A DNA stretch of 64,000 nt from Squalus acanthias. Its lineage: Eukaryota. Below, piece after piece: positions 24,823 to 37,782 of the stretch; within the stretch, counting starts at the first letter, position 1; each line of letters starts with the position of its first letter. The stretch spans positions 10,478,001 through 10,542,000 of the forward strand of contig CM059432.1 in the NCBI GenBank assembly GCA_030390025.1. Direction: 5' to 3'. Position numbers and translations under genes: made by a program. The notes beneath the pieces are model-generated. The model had not been told where the DNA came from. It saw only the letters and a program-made list of their open reading frames with translations, and made no database searches.

Positions 24823-25041
24823 ATTGGGTCAGGACTATCTGCGTCACTCCAGCCTTGGTGGAGTGGCAGGAGCTTGACTCAACTTAACTCATTTGGAACC
24901 CTTAACGGAAGTGAATGGCAGTGACAGATTGCTGTGTATTCTGGTTATGGAATGGTTTAGTCACGGTAAAGTGTGATGCAAGACCTTTAACACATTTATG
25001 TGAATTTATGAGACTGTAAAATCCCCTTATCCGTGATATAA

Positions 25042-25362
25042 AGAAAGAAAAAAACGTGCATTTATATAGCGCCTTTCACAACCTCAGGACATCCCAAAGC
25101 ACTTTACAGCCAATAAATTACATTACAGCAGTGACTGCCCTTCAAAAGTAAGAAACACGGCAACCAGATTCGCACACAGCAAGATCCCGTAAACAGCAAC
25201 GAGATAAATGACCAGATAATCTGTTTCTTTTTAAGGTGATGTTGGTTGAGGGCTAAGTATTAGCCAGGACACCAGAAAGAACTCCTGTGTTCTTCCTCGA
25301 ATAATGCCACGGGATCTTTTACATCCACCGAGAGGGAAAGACAGGGCCTCGGTTTAACGTCT
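25042..25362 (-). mobile_element. Deu-domain SINE, diverged
   Basis: Homologous to the other copies. Confidence 0.82.
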
Positions 25363-25364
25363 CC

Positions 25365-27610
25365 CAGAACTCCATCTTTGAATCCCTCCAATCAGGTTAC
25401 CGCCCCGGCCACAGGACGGAAACAGCTCTCATCAAAGTCACAAGTGACATCCTATGTGACTGTGACAGTGGTAAACTATCCTTCCTCGTCCTTCTCGACC
25501 TGTCTGCAGCCTTTGGCACGGTTGACCACACCATCCTCCTCCAACACCTCTCCACTGTCATCCAACTGCACCCGCCTGGTTCCATTCTTATCTATCCAGT
25601 CGTAGCAGCGAATTACCTGCAATGGCTTCTCTTCTCGCCCCTGCACCATTACCCCTTGTGTCCTCCAAGGATCTATCCTTGGCCCCCCTCCTATTTCTCA
25701 CCTACATGCTGCCCCAAGACTGTTCGCAACCTTGATGTCGTATTTGACCCAGAGATGAGCTTCCGACCACATCTCCACATAGAATCATAGAATCATAGAA
25801 AGTTACAGCACGGAAGGAGGCCATTTCGGCCCATCATGTCCGTGTCGGCCAACAAAGAGCTATCCAGCCTAATCCCACTCCCCAGCTCTTGGTCCGTAGC
25901 CCTGCAGGTTACAGCATCCCAAGTGCACATCCAAGTACTTTTTAAATGTGGTTAGGGTTCCTGCCTCTACCACCCTTTCAGACAGTGAGTTCCAGACCCC
26001 CACAACCCTCTGGGTGAAGAAATTTCCCCTCAAATCCCCTCTAAACCTTCCACCAATTACTTTAAATCTGTGCCCCCTGGTTTTTGACCCTTCTGCTAAG
26101 GGAAATAGGTCCTTTCTATCCACTTTATCTAGGCCCCTCATAATTTTATACACCTCAATAAGGTCTCCCCTCAGCCTCCTCTGTTCCAAGGAAAACAGAC
26201 CCAGCCTATCCAGTCTTTGCTCATAGTTAAGATTCTCTACTCCCAGCAACATCCTTGTAAATCTCCTCTGTACCCTCTCTAGTGCAATCACATCTTTCCT
26301 GTAATGTGGTGACCAGAACTGCACGCAGTACTCTAGCTGAGGCCTAACTAGTGTTTTATACAGTTGAAGCATAACCCCCCTGCTCTTGTATTCTATGCCA
26401 CGGCTAATAAAGGCAAGCATTCCGTATGCCTTCTTAACCACCTTATCTACTTGGCCTGCTACCTTCAGGGATCTGTGGACATGCACTCCAAGGTCCCTTT
26501 GTTCCTCTACACTACTCAGTGTCCTACCATTTAATGTGTATTCCCTTTCCTTGTTAGCCCTCCCCAAATGCATTACCTCACACTTTTCCGGATTGAATTC
26601 CATTTGCCACTGTTCTGCCCACCTGACCAATTTATTGATATCTTCCTGCAGTCTACAGCTTCCTTCTTCAGTATCAACCACACAGCCGATTTTAGTATCA
26701 TCTGCAAACTTCTTAATCATACCCCCTATATTCAAGTCTAGATCATTGATATATACCACAAAAAGCAAGGGACCTCGTACTGAGCCCTGCGGAACCCCAC
26801 TGGAAACAGCCTTCCAGTCACAAAAACATCCATCAACCATTACCCTCTACTTCCTGTCTCCGAGCCAGTTTTGAATCCAACTTGACACTTTGCCCTGGAT
26901 CCCATGGGCTTTTAACTTCGTGACCAGTCTGCCATGTGGAACCTTATCAAAAGCCTTGCTAAAGTCCATATACACTACATCAAACACACTACCCTCATCT
27001 ACCCTCCTTGTTACCTCCTCAACGTATTTCCACCTCCGTAACATAGCCTGTCTCCGCCCCTTCCTCAGCTCATCCGCTGCTGAAACCCTCATCCATGCCT
27101 TCATTACCTCTAGACCTGACTAGACAAATGCTTCCCTGCCCAGCCTCCCATCTTCCACCCTCCATAAACTTGAGGTCATCCAAAACTCTGCTGCCCGTAT
27201 CCTAACTCGCACCAAGTCCTGTTCACCCATCGCCCCTGTGCTCGCAGATCTACATTGGCTCTTGGTTAAGCAACACTTTGATTTTAAAATTCTAAATTGT
27301 TTTCAAATCCCTCCATGACCTCGCCCCTCCACAACCCTCCGAGATAGCTGCGCGCCTTCAATTCTGGCGTCTTGCTCATCCACGATTTTAATTGCTTCAC
27401 CAGTGGTGGCCGTGCCTTCAGCTGCCGAGGCCCTAAGCTCTGGAATTCCCTCCCTAAACCTCTCCGCCTCTCTCTCCTCCTTTCAGACGCTCCTTGACCT
27501 CTTTGACCAAGCTTTTGGTCATCTGTCCTAATATCTCCTTTTGTTTGATAATCGCTCCTGTGAAACGCCTTGGGGCATTTTACTCCGTTAAAGGCGCTTC
27601 ACAAGTTGTC
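25365..27610 (+). mobile_element. L2 LINE split by a CR1 (L2 parts ~25365-25778 and 27022-27610)
   Basis: L2 RT motifs (LDLSAAFGTVDHTILL, VLQGSILGP) and AETLIHAFITSR...IQNSAAR, followed by the L2 tail. Confidence 0.85.
25779..27021 (-). mobile_element. Young CR1 LINE with an uninterrupted 323-aa RT C-terminal ORF
   Basis: ORF 25869-26840 GVPQGS..FADD..RDLGV..RPQLEYC..WNSL, with a (TTCTATGA)n tail. Confidence 0.96.
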
Positions 27611-27962
27611 GTCTCATCCAAAAGACGGCACCTCCGGCAGTGCAGCACTCCCTCAGTACTGCACTAGAGTGCCAGCCTAGATTGCGTGTTCAATTCTCTG
27701 GAGTGGGGCTTGAGCCCACGACCTCCTGACCCAGTAGCGAGAGTGCTACCCTCTGAGCCACAGCTGACGCCCAGTTGATTAGGTAAGCCGCCGCGTAGAA
27801 TGGACCATCTCATACCTTCGAGACCCTGAAATTTGATATTCAGTTTGCAGGCGGATTGCAATACCCACCTGTTCATGAACCAGTGGCACAACACAGGGTC
27901 TCACACAATATGTGAGCAGCCAGAATGGTTTGACAAACAGTGGGTCAGTTTTGTACGTGACT

Positions 27963-28420
27963 AAAAGAAAGAAAGACTTGCATTTATATAGCGCCTTTCA
28001 CAACCACCGGACGTCCCAAAGCACTTTATAGCCAACAAAGTACTTTTGGAGTGTGGTCACTGTTGTAATGTGGGAAACGCGGCAGCCAATTTGTGCACAG
28101 CAAGGTCCCACAAACAGCAATGTGATAATGACCAGATAATCTGTTTTAGTGATGTTGATTGAGGGATAAATATTGGCAGAGAACACCAGGGATAACTCCC
28201 CTGCTCTTCTTCGAAATAGTGCCATGGGATCTTTTACGTCCACCTGAGAAAGCAGACGGGGCCTCGGTTTAAGATCTATGTCCGAAAGACTGCACCTCCG
28301 ACAGTGCAGCACTGGAGTGTCTAGTCTAGATTTTTGTGTTCAAGTCTTTGGAGTGGGACTTGACCCCAAAACCTTCTGACTCAGAGGCGAGTGTGCTACC
28401 CACTGAGCCACGGCTGACAC
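27963..28420 (-). mobile_element. Full-length Deu-domain SINE (a second head fragment lies at 27612-27768)
   Basis: tRNA head, Deu core and tail. Confidence 0.9.
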
Positions 28421-28914
28421 TGCTGAGGCAATTAGCTGTGAAGTGTCAGTCCCACAATGTAAAGCATGACCTCCAAACATAGGTTAACAAATGTGTACTT
28501 TGAACGAGTTCCACCGGCATGCATTACAGAAAAGATTGGTGATCTGACTGAAGTGTTGGAAGCAGTGGGGTCAACTGAGCTATCAGAAAGCAGGGCAGAA
28601 GATGTGGAAAGTATGTGGTTAAATGTTAAGCAATGGAAAGTTAAATATTTAGCAACAGTGTATAATTCTTGTCATCTATGTCAATACATTTGTCATGCAA
28701 GGTAAAGCATAGCAATGGGATTGCATTCAGTAAGCTTGTCAGTGTATGCTGGACTGAAGCTAATATTAGTTTTATTGTCTATTGTGCGTGTTTATTTTTA
28801 GAAGCTCGCAGTTCAAAAATGAAATAAGAGCATTCGGTCACGTTTAGTTGATAACCTCTAATCCAAGCCTGTCTAGCAAGAGTTAGAAAATCAGCATGCT
28901 GGCTAAACCTTTGT

Positions 28915-29500
28915 GCTAAACCTTTCTGAATCACTAGTTGGGCCTCAGCTGGAGTGTTGTGTCCAATTCAGGGCAGCGCACTTTAGGAAAGGATGTCAAG
29001 ACCTTGGAGAGGGTGCAGAGGAGATTTACCAGAATGGTACCAGGGATGAGGGGCTTCAGTTATGTGGAGAGACTGGAGAAGCTGGGGTCCTTCTCCTTAG
29101 AGCAGAGAAGGTTAAGGGGAGGTTTTATAGAGATGTTCAACATTCTGAAAGGTTTTGATAGAGTAAATAAGGGGAAACTGTTTCCACTGGCAGGAGGGTC
29201 GGTAACCAGAGGGCACAGATTTAAGAGAATTGGCAAAAGAATCAGAGGGGGAGATGAGGAGCCTTTTTTTTTTATAAACACAGCGAGTTTTTGTGATCTG
29301 GAATGCGCTGCCTGAAAGGGCGGTGGAAGCAGATTCAATAATAACTTTGAAAAGGGAATTGGATAAATACTTGAAATGGAAAAATCGCAGGGCTATGGGG
29401 AAAGAGCAAGGGGAGTGGGACTAATTGGAGAGCTCTTTCAAAGAGCCGGCACAGGCACGATGGGCCGAATGGCCTCCTTCTGTGCTGTATCATCCTATGA
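28915..29500 (+). mobile_element. CR1 LINE 3' end
   Basis: ORF 28938-29315 LERVQRRFTRM...LEQRRLRG. Confidence 0.92.
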
Positions 29501-29959
29501 TTTGTCTCTTTCTCACTTCCTTCTTATTTAATCCTTATAGTGTACTGCAGCGGGGAAAGAAAGAATACTTTGTGCTGGTGGGTGATGTGAATTAATGCCC
29601 TGGAATCATACAGAACAGAAACAGGCCATTCGACCCATCAAGTTTGTGCTGGCGTTTGTTCTCCACACGAGCCGTCTAGCCCAATCCCACTCTCCTGCTC
29701 ATTCCCCCATACCCTTTAACATTCTGCTGTCTCAAACACCTCTCCAATTCCCTTTTAAATCAACTTAAGAGGGGTGAAATTCAACCTTTGTGGGGGCGCA
29801 AAATGGGCAGGAGCAAATCGCCCGCCCGTTGTACAGCCCGCTCGAATTTCCATTCCGTGCCACATTCCGAGTACCCTCTGTATGAAGATTATTTTTACAA
29901 CCTCCCTTTCATTCTTTAACCAACGTGCAACTATTTGGAAGCTTCCCTGAAGTATTCCA

Positions 29960-30678
29960 TGTGGATAAAACATGGCGACGCCCCCCCCCACCACCCCCCA
30001 CTCCCACCCTCACTACAACGGGCGGGAGAGGGTCGGTGGGGTGAGGGGTCAAATTGTTCAAATTTGTGATACCCGACCCCAACCCGCCGCGAACGCGCCT
30101 GCTTCCATTTTAACTACGGCGGGTTTGGTAGCATTACCCGCTCTGGTGAATCGGATCCGCCATTACGATATGTAAACGAGGCTCCCTTTCTGATATTTTG
30201 GCAGCGATTGAACTTAACGCTGGCCGTCCGGGTTTCCCAGTGCTCGGGAAACCCGGCAGCTGAAGGGAGGCGGGAGCTGCCAGATCCAGCAGGTAAGTGC
30301 TGATTCGAGCACTGCTTGTGGGCCGGGAGGAGCTGGAGTGCTTCCCCCTGGCCCCTCAAGCAAATCTTCTGCCGCGATCAGCCGACAACACCCCCCTCCC
30401 CCCCCCCCCGCCGCCAAAACCCTCGATCTCTCCCCGTTTCCCCCCGTCCCGATTGCCGGGAACCGTTCCCAAGGATTCCCCGGCTGCGGCCTTCTACCGC
30501 AGGCCTTCCCGCCCGGCAAGTCAATCTGGACGGCTGCCGTGCTGGAAATGGAGTAAAAAAAAATAATCATAATGAGGCCCTGCCGTTAAATTCAGCAGTA
30601 CCTTCACGTTCCTGGGTTTCCCCCCCCCCACCAACCCCTACAAACCCTCTCCCCTCTCCCCGTAAATATCGGGGCCCC
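29960..30678. mobile_element. GC-rich Harbinger-like MITE
   Basis: Ends AAATATCGGGGCCC (GGG-type TIR) and contains an internal CAGGTAAGT like related MITEs. Left end unclear. Confidence 0.45.
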
Positions 30679-31812
30679 GTTTGTCGGAGGAGAACATTCT
30701 GTAGAAATCAATCCGCAGTTGGGCCCAGAACACTGCCCTGAGGAGCTCCTGCAGCGACGTCCTGGGGCGGAAATGGCTGGCTTCGGCATCAAATGGCTGT
30801 GAAGGAGCTGGCACGGCATTGAAACAATAATTGCGTCTGTTGAAGACAGTCAATAGTTGGACACGCTCATTCTCTATACGAAAAGGTACAAAGGAAACAT
30901 TGTGAGCCACGCTGCGCGATGACTAAATCACAGAGTTATTAGATTGTCAGAACGAAGCTTGAAACGTGCAGGAAAAGATAAACTACACTTGGCTTTTTCA
31001 CCGTGTGTGGAGGTTTCCAGGATCAAGGAAATGTTGGAATTGTCAAAATAACCATGAAAATACCAACGGCTTTGAAGGTTGAAATAAAATGCAGAACAGT
31101 GGGCAGCATTTTATAGAGCAGAGGCCATTGAAGGTAACGATAGTAAATGATCAGTCATAATCACTGTTTACAAAGGCCTCAAACTGACAAGAGTAATTTG
31201 CACAGCATGTTACCCCAGCAAACCTATTCCGAGATCGCAAATAACTTCAAGCGAGCGTTGTCGATTCCTTCGGCTGCACGGCCCTGCCAAAGTTTATGAG
31301 GCGTAAAGTATTTTTCAATATTTGCTCTCGACCGGCCTCCAGCAGGCCTTGTACTTGTCAGATTAGCGACACGGGAAGCGCCAGATGGGATGGGACTGGC
31401 ACCGCACAGCGGAGACAGTGAAAAAAAAACCCACCATGTCACAATGATTGCACAGCTGTCCGCCATTAAAATCTTTTACTGCAAATATCAAATGAGCTGG
31501 CGGGTGTCAGAGCCTGGGTTTTAACTCCCGGGTGGGAAAAGCCGGGGTGGGGGGGGGAACTGCCGATCCTCTCGCACGGGAGTCCCGCCCGATTTTAACA
31601 CAGCCGGGCCTCGGTAACATCCCCGCCGACCCCAAAATGGCAGCTGACGGCCCACCCGTGTGGGGAGAGCACAGTGTGTTTGTCGGTTTGTATTATTACA
31701 CGAGGACAAGTCGTACTGGTTGAATTAAATGAGTCCGACCACACCTTCTGCTCTGTACGTTCGCTTGCTGTGAAAATAAAACAGCTTTAACATTTTGCCT
31801 CTGGCCTCCTCC

Positions 31813-31897
31813 CTGAGGAAGGGGCGATCGATAGCTCCGAAAGCTTGTGATTTCAAATAAAACTGTTGGACTATAACCTGGTGTTGTGCGACCTCTC
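31813..31897 (+). mobile_element. Solo Penelope terminal fragment with hammerhead core
   Basis: CTGAGGA-A-GGGGC gatcgata GCTCC-GAAA-GCTT-GTGA followed by ...GTTGGACTATAACCTGGTGTTGTGCGAC. The 5' strand of helix I is missing. Confidence 0.8.
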
Positions 31898-32252
31898 AAT
31901 TTTCTCCTCCTCTGGCCAGCTATTTTTTCTATGTCCACTTTCGAAAAGATTGGAGCGCAAAAGACATGAATTCAGCTTACATCGCGAGGGGGTTAATAGT
32001 GTTGCACCTCTGGGTTGCGCTGTCGTACGGTTAGATATCGGGCAGCATGGGACGCCTCGGGGCGATGCACTGCGTTATAGGGCGCTAGATAAATGCAAGT
32101 TGTTGTTGTTGTAGAGGTTGTTTCCCAATGGCAATCCCTGGCTCCCTCGGCATTGAAACATGACCTTACGTGCAAAGTATTCTGGGACAGCAAGGCTGCT
32201 TGGCGAACACTGAGCCCTTGTTACTGTTCAGATATGCACTGCAAATGACATG

Positions 32253-33150
32253 GGCCGCGATTTTCCCGACCTCGGCAGGTCCGAGGCGGGCGACGTCGGT
32301 GGCGGGTCTCGGCCCCGCTGTTGGCTCCATCCCGGCCTCCGACATGACTTTCCCCTGAAGTGGGTCTGCTGATGACATCAGCCGGTTTCCTTAAAGGGGC
32401 CATGCCCAAATTTATTTTGACAGTTGTGCTGTCACTGTTCTACAGCATTGAGGTGCTGCAGACACTGACAAGCACTGCACAAAGGTGCACGGCTGCACCC
32501 AGGCTCTCCCATGACTCCCTCCATATGCCTATGGAGGGAGTCACTGCACGCAGGGAGGTCCTCTTCTCTTCCCATGGGCGGAAGAGACCTCCCCAGGAGA
32601 TCAATGCAGCCTGGTTGCACATTGCACAGGAGGCCACAAGCAGGGATGTGGTCAGGAGGACCAGGGTGCAGTGCCGCAAACATTTCAATGATCTCAGTAG
32701 ATCACGAAACGTTACTGCAAAGCCACACTCAACCTCATCCTGCTGTGCCACTCATCACATCCCCATCACTCTGCCTTCCCTACCCTACTCCTGCACATCC
32801 TTACTCACACCAATTTACCTTGCACTTCCACCCATCCCTCTCTATCTACCTTATCACTTCCCCATCTCACTAGCCACCCCTCACACTCCCCCTCACCCTA
32901 GTCCAATCATACCAACTAACAACACACAAGGGTAGGCACTTGGGTGTTTTAGCCAATGTTCATGTGAAATTTCTGTTAATGTGCTGTCAAACTTTGAAAT
33001 CTTTATTTTCAACACTCTGGCGGACCTGAAATCGGGAAATGCAGGTGTGCGCAGTTTGACAGCCGGTTCCTGACCCACTGTCAATCATTTGAAATTTCGC
33101 AGCTGACCCGTCACCAATCAGGCTCGCTGAGCGCCGGCAGAATCACGGCC
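32253..33150 (+). mobile_element. Harbinger-derived element, family B, short copy
   Basis: TIRs GGCCGCGATTTT / AGAATCACGGCC. Collinear with 60491-62268 but internally deleted. Confidence 0.85.
32470..32710 (+). pseudogene. Myb/SANT-like (trihelix) DNA-binding domain of Harbinger ORF2
   Basis: AAPRLSHDSL...V.ARREVLF...AAWLHIAQEATS...RTRVQCRKHFNDL in ORF 32360-32935, the W..IA / QCRK.FNDL pattern of MSANTD/NAIF1-like domains. Confidence 0.82.
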
Positions 33151-33271
33151 AAGGTGTCCCAGCTCAACTCTCCAACTGACAGCAAATACTCTGCCGAAAA
33201 CTACAAATCGAGTCTATCAACACATCAGATAAGAAAGAGCAGATTGTAACTGAATTGTAACACTTCATGTA

Positions 33272-33650
33272 TCTAGGCTGACACTCCAGTGCAGTGCTGA
33301 GGGAGTGCTGCACTGTCGGAGGTGCCGTCTTTCGGATGAGACGTTAAACCGAGGCCCCGTCTGCTCTCTCTAAAAAAATCCCATGGCACTATTTCGAAGA
33401 AGAACAGGGGAGTTCTCCCCGGTGTCCTGGCCAAAAATATACCCCTCAATCCACATCACTAAAAACAGATTATCTGGTCATTATCTCATTGCTGTTTGTG
33501 GGAGTTTGCTGTGCGCAGATTGGCTGCCGCGTTTCCCACATTACAACAGTGACTACACTTCACAAAAAAGTACTTCATTGGCTGTGAAGCGCTTTGGGAC
33601 GTCCTGAGGTTGTGAAAGGTGCTGGAGAAATGCAAGCCTTTCCTTTCTTT
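33272..33650 (+). mobile_element. Deu-domain SINE
   Basis: Homologous to the other copies. Confidence 0.88.
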
Positions 33651-33734
33651 TATTAAATCCAACAGTGTTCTACACAGCGAAGCTACTCTGTCAGAGAAAG
33701 GTTCAAAGGGAAGCAGCACCATCTCTCTGAAATA

Positions 33735-34400
33735 TAGAAACATAGTAAAATAGGAGCAGGAGTAGGCCATTCGACCCTTCGAGCCTGCTCTGCCATTCAA
33801 TATGATCATGGCTGATCCTCTATCTCAATACCATATTCCCGCTCTCTCCCCATACCCCTTGATGCCTTTTGTGTCTAGAAATCTATCTATCTCCTTCTTA
33901 AATATATTCAGTGACTTGGCCTCCACAGCCTTCTGTGGTAGAGAATTCCACAGGTTCACCACCCTCTGAATGAAGAAATTTCTCCTCATCTCAGTCCTAA
34001 ATGTCCTACCCTGTATCCTGAGACTGTGACCCCTCGTTCTAGAGCCCCCAGCCAGGGGAAACATCCAGTCTGTCTAGCCCTGTCAGAACTTTATACATTT
34101 CAATGAGGTCCGATCTCATTCTTCTAAACTCTAGTCAATACAGGCCTAGTCGACCCAATCTCTCCTCATACGACAGTTCTGCCATCCCAGGAATCAGTCT
34201 GGTGAACCTTCGCTACACTCCCTCTATGGCAAGTATATCCTTTCTTAGGTAAGGAGACCAAAACTGCACACAGTACTCCAGGTGTGGTCTCACCAAGGCC
34301 CTGTACAACTGCAGTAAGACATCCTTGCTCCTGTACTCAAATCCTCTTGCAATGAAGGCCAACATACCATTTGCCTTCCTAACTGCTTGCTGCACCTGCA
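33735..34400 (-). mobile_element. CR1 LINE 3' fragment
   Basis: ORFs 33825-34064 and 34213-34401. Confidence 0.93.
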
Positions 34401-35056
34401 CCAGACGAGTAATTCAGGACAAAGCAGAGGTGCGAAGCTGGTTAAAAAAAAAAAATGGACAAACAAACTGCCGGTGCTGGAAAATCAGAGACAAAAATAG
34501 AGAAAATAAATAAAGTCACTGGGCACACTCAGCAGGTGAAGCAGAGAACAGTCAGGGTGACCATTCAGATCATCAGAACAGAACTGGTAAACAGGACCTC
34601 CTGTGGAGCCAGCCACTTCAGCGAGGAGGTTGCTGACGGCGGTTGTAAAGGAAATAGACTATAAGTACAGGGAAGATCACTGCCAGATCAATAGGAATTA
34701 CTTCTGTCACCAAGGTGAGCGATGAGTTTCCTCTCACTTGTTCGACGAGGGGACAAGAAAGATTACATTCCACGTATTTCCGCGATTGTAATAAAAGAAA
34801 TCACGAAAGAAAAATAACCCAGAACGCACTAATTACATAAATATGAGCCATTGATACAGGACCCTGATCCACTTAATATATGTCGTTCTGATATAAAGAC
34901 TGCTCCCAGCAACCAACGCTAATTTAAATGACCATAATACTGGCACACCTACAAATCACTCAAAAATATACATATGTAAAGTAGGAGGATATTAAACAGG
35001 ACAAATCTGCCCATAAATACATAAAGCAGTAATATTACCATAAATAAAGACACAAA

Positions 35057-37545
35057 TTCTCCTGAATTCCCTTTTGGATTTATTGGTGACTATCTTATAT
35101 TTATGGCCCCTAGTTCTGGTCTCACCCATAGGTGGAAACATCTTCTCTATGTCTACCCTATCAAACCCTTTCAGAATTTTAAAGACCTCTATCAGGTCAC
35201 CTCTCAGCCTTCTCTTTTCTAGAGAAAAGAGCCCCAGACTGTTCAATCTTTCCTGATAGGTATAGCCTCTCAGTTCTGATTGAAGGGATAATTACTAGTC
35301 CTAGTCCCTTTAGGGCTACCCCAGATCAGGCGTATTCCCCAGACGTTCACTTTCAACTAAAGTTTGAGGTAGCCGAATCCTAAAGATGCTTAATTGGGTC
35401 TAAAGGTCTGGACCATCTCTCCCTAAAGGAAAGGAACAACCTGAAAATGTTACCGTCCTCCAGATAGCACTTTTAATAAGTTTAGCTAGACTGTAACCTT
35501 CTGGATATTATGAGGGTCTGGAAAACTCCCCCAGAATTCTGCAACTCCTCACCAAAGAGTGTACAGAGATTGAGTTTGCGAGTTTGATACAGAAGTATTA
35601 TGTGAGACAATTCTAAAAATATACAGATTTATTAAAGAACCTACATGTAATTTACAGTTGGTGAGTCAATCACAGCATTAACAGTTCCAAAAAGAGAAAG
35701 CTTTACAATCTTATTATCAGAGATCCTTATTCTCAAATCTTAACTTTACTACAGTTTTACAGTTCATAAACTTATTCAGGATATCCACCAAAATCAAATA
35801 CAGTACCTTTGATCCCCGAGGTACAAAGAGTTGTAGACTTACAGAGCTGTCTCTGAAGCCGAGAATCGCTTTGCCCCTTTACAGCGAGTCTATTATCCTA
35901 TTCGAGAGTTCAATATTTATACCCTTTTCCAGTGGTATTCCCTTTAAGGTTTTCTGCTGATGTAAGCTAATTATCTCTAATCATTTTTCTGCTGACTTCT
36001 GCAATTCTTACAGTCACCTCAGCTGGTAGCAATACAGAATCATGTCTCTCCTCTAGGTATTCTAAGCTTACCATAAAAAACGGTGTAACAGCAGGTGCAT
36101 TTTATTTGATATCATTTTTACTAAGGCCTTCTGTTTTTGCCTCTTTACGAAGTGTAAATTAGAACACCTTGTACAGGGTGAACCTTTATTTTGTTCCGAA
36201 AGGTTCAGACTGTCGGGAGCCTTTAACCTTCTGTTTCAATAAGGTTATTGATTCAGTGTCAACAACTATCTTATCTCTATAGTCAGAATTCTATCACAGC
36301 TTTAGATTGTTGAGGCTTCCAGATTTCCAAACCCAGTCTGTCATGTTTTAATAAGGCCAGAATTCTTTCATAGAATGGTGTATTTTTCTGAATAGTTTAT
36401 ATGGCTTATTCCTTCACATGATATCATTCTCGTAAATCTTTTTTGCACCTTCTCTAGTGCCTCTATATCTTTTTTGTAATATGGAGACCAGAACTGTTCA
36501 CAGTACTCCAAATGTGGTCTAACCAAGGTTCTATATAAGTTTAACATAACTTCTCTGCTTTTAAATTCTATCCCCCATGAAATGAACCCCAGTGCTTTGT
36601 TTGCTTTTTTATGGCCTTATTAACCTGCGTCGCTACTTTTAATAATTTGTGTATCTGCACCCCCAGATCCCCCTGTTCCTCTACCCCATTTAGACACTAT
36701 CCAAGGAGTGTGTAGCCCCCTTCTTCCTACCAAAATGTACCACCTCACACTTATCTATATTGAAGTTCATTTGCCAATTACACTCCCATTCTTCAAGTTT
36801 ATTCATGTCTTCCTGTATTTTTGTCGCAGTCCTCCTCTGTAATAACTACACCTCCCAATTTGGTGTCAGCTGCAAATTTTGAAATTGTACTTCCAATTCC
36901 TCGAGTCCAAATCGTTTATGTAAATGGTGAACAACAGTGGTCCCAGCACCAATCCTTGTGGAACACCACTTCCCACCTTCTGCCAGTCTGAGTAACAACC
37001 CTTAACCCCCTACTCTCTGTTTTCTGTTTTGTAGCCAGCTTGCTATCCATTCTGCTACTTGTCCCCTGCCCCCACAGGTTCTGACCTTAGTCATGAGTCT
37101 ACTATGCAGTACCTTATCACAGGCCTTTTGGAAATCCAAATATGTTATGTCTACTACAGTACCCTTATCTACCCTTTCTGTTACTTCTCCAAAGAATTCA
37201 GTAAGATTGGTCAAGCACAACCAGCCCTTTTGAAATCTGTGCTGAGTACTCTTTATTATAATTTCAGTTTCTAGATGTTTTTCTATTACATCTTTGAGTA
37301 AAGGATTCCATTATCTTTCTTATAACCCCCATCTATTCCTCATCTTAGTCACTTCGATCTATTTGTGCTGATTGTATACCTAGCCCCTATTTATTTTGAG
37401 TGAGGGAATGTGCCCCTCATTTTATTGAGAATGAGGGTAAATTTGCCTCCATTTGTGCTGAGGTCATGTGTGTGTGTGTGTTAAGCTAACTGGTCTATAG
37501 TTCCCTGGATTTGTTCTGGCTCCCTTTTTAAATGTAGGGGTACAT
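35057..37545 (-). mobile_element. Older CR1 LINE interrupted by an LTR-like insert and a 150-bp insert
   Basis: ORFs 34992-35246, 37002-37220 (YLDFQKACDKV) and the FKKGARTNPGNYRPVSLT motif at ~37480-37540. Confidence 0.9.
35281..36418. mobile_element. Probable solo LTR (Gypsy-like) inserted in CR1
   Basis: TG...CA termini with short inverted ends (TGAAGGGATAA / TTATTCCTTCACA). 4-bp TSD TGAT (35277-80, 36419-22). The CR1 sequence resumes across it. Confidence 0.7.
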
Positions 37546-37782
37546 AGAGGCATACATACCCTCCCAATAAATAAATAAATAAATAAATAGAGGGGTACAT
37601 ACCCTCCCGATAAATAAATAAATAAATAAATAGAGGGGTACATACCCTCCCGATAAATAAATAAATAGAGGGGTACATACCCTCCCGATAAATAAATAAA
37701 TAGAGGGGGTACATACCCTCCCGATAAATAAATAAATAGAGGGGTACATACAGTCACGATAAATAAATAGAAGGGTACATAA
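37540..37782. repeat. Tandem repeat (AAAT)n-AGAGGGGTACATACCCTCCCG, ~6 units
   Basis: Direct array with a hairpin-capable core. Confidence 0.92.

Noticed and set aside
32360..32935. Host MSANTD/NAIF1-like gene
   Set aside because: It lies between TIRs, and the sister copy at 60491-62268 is frameshifted. Treated as a transposon remnant.
37540..37782. CRISPR-like palindromic repeats with spacers
   Set aside because: The spacers are only (AAAT)n, not unique sequences.
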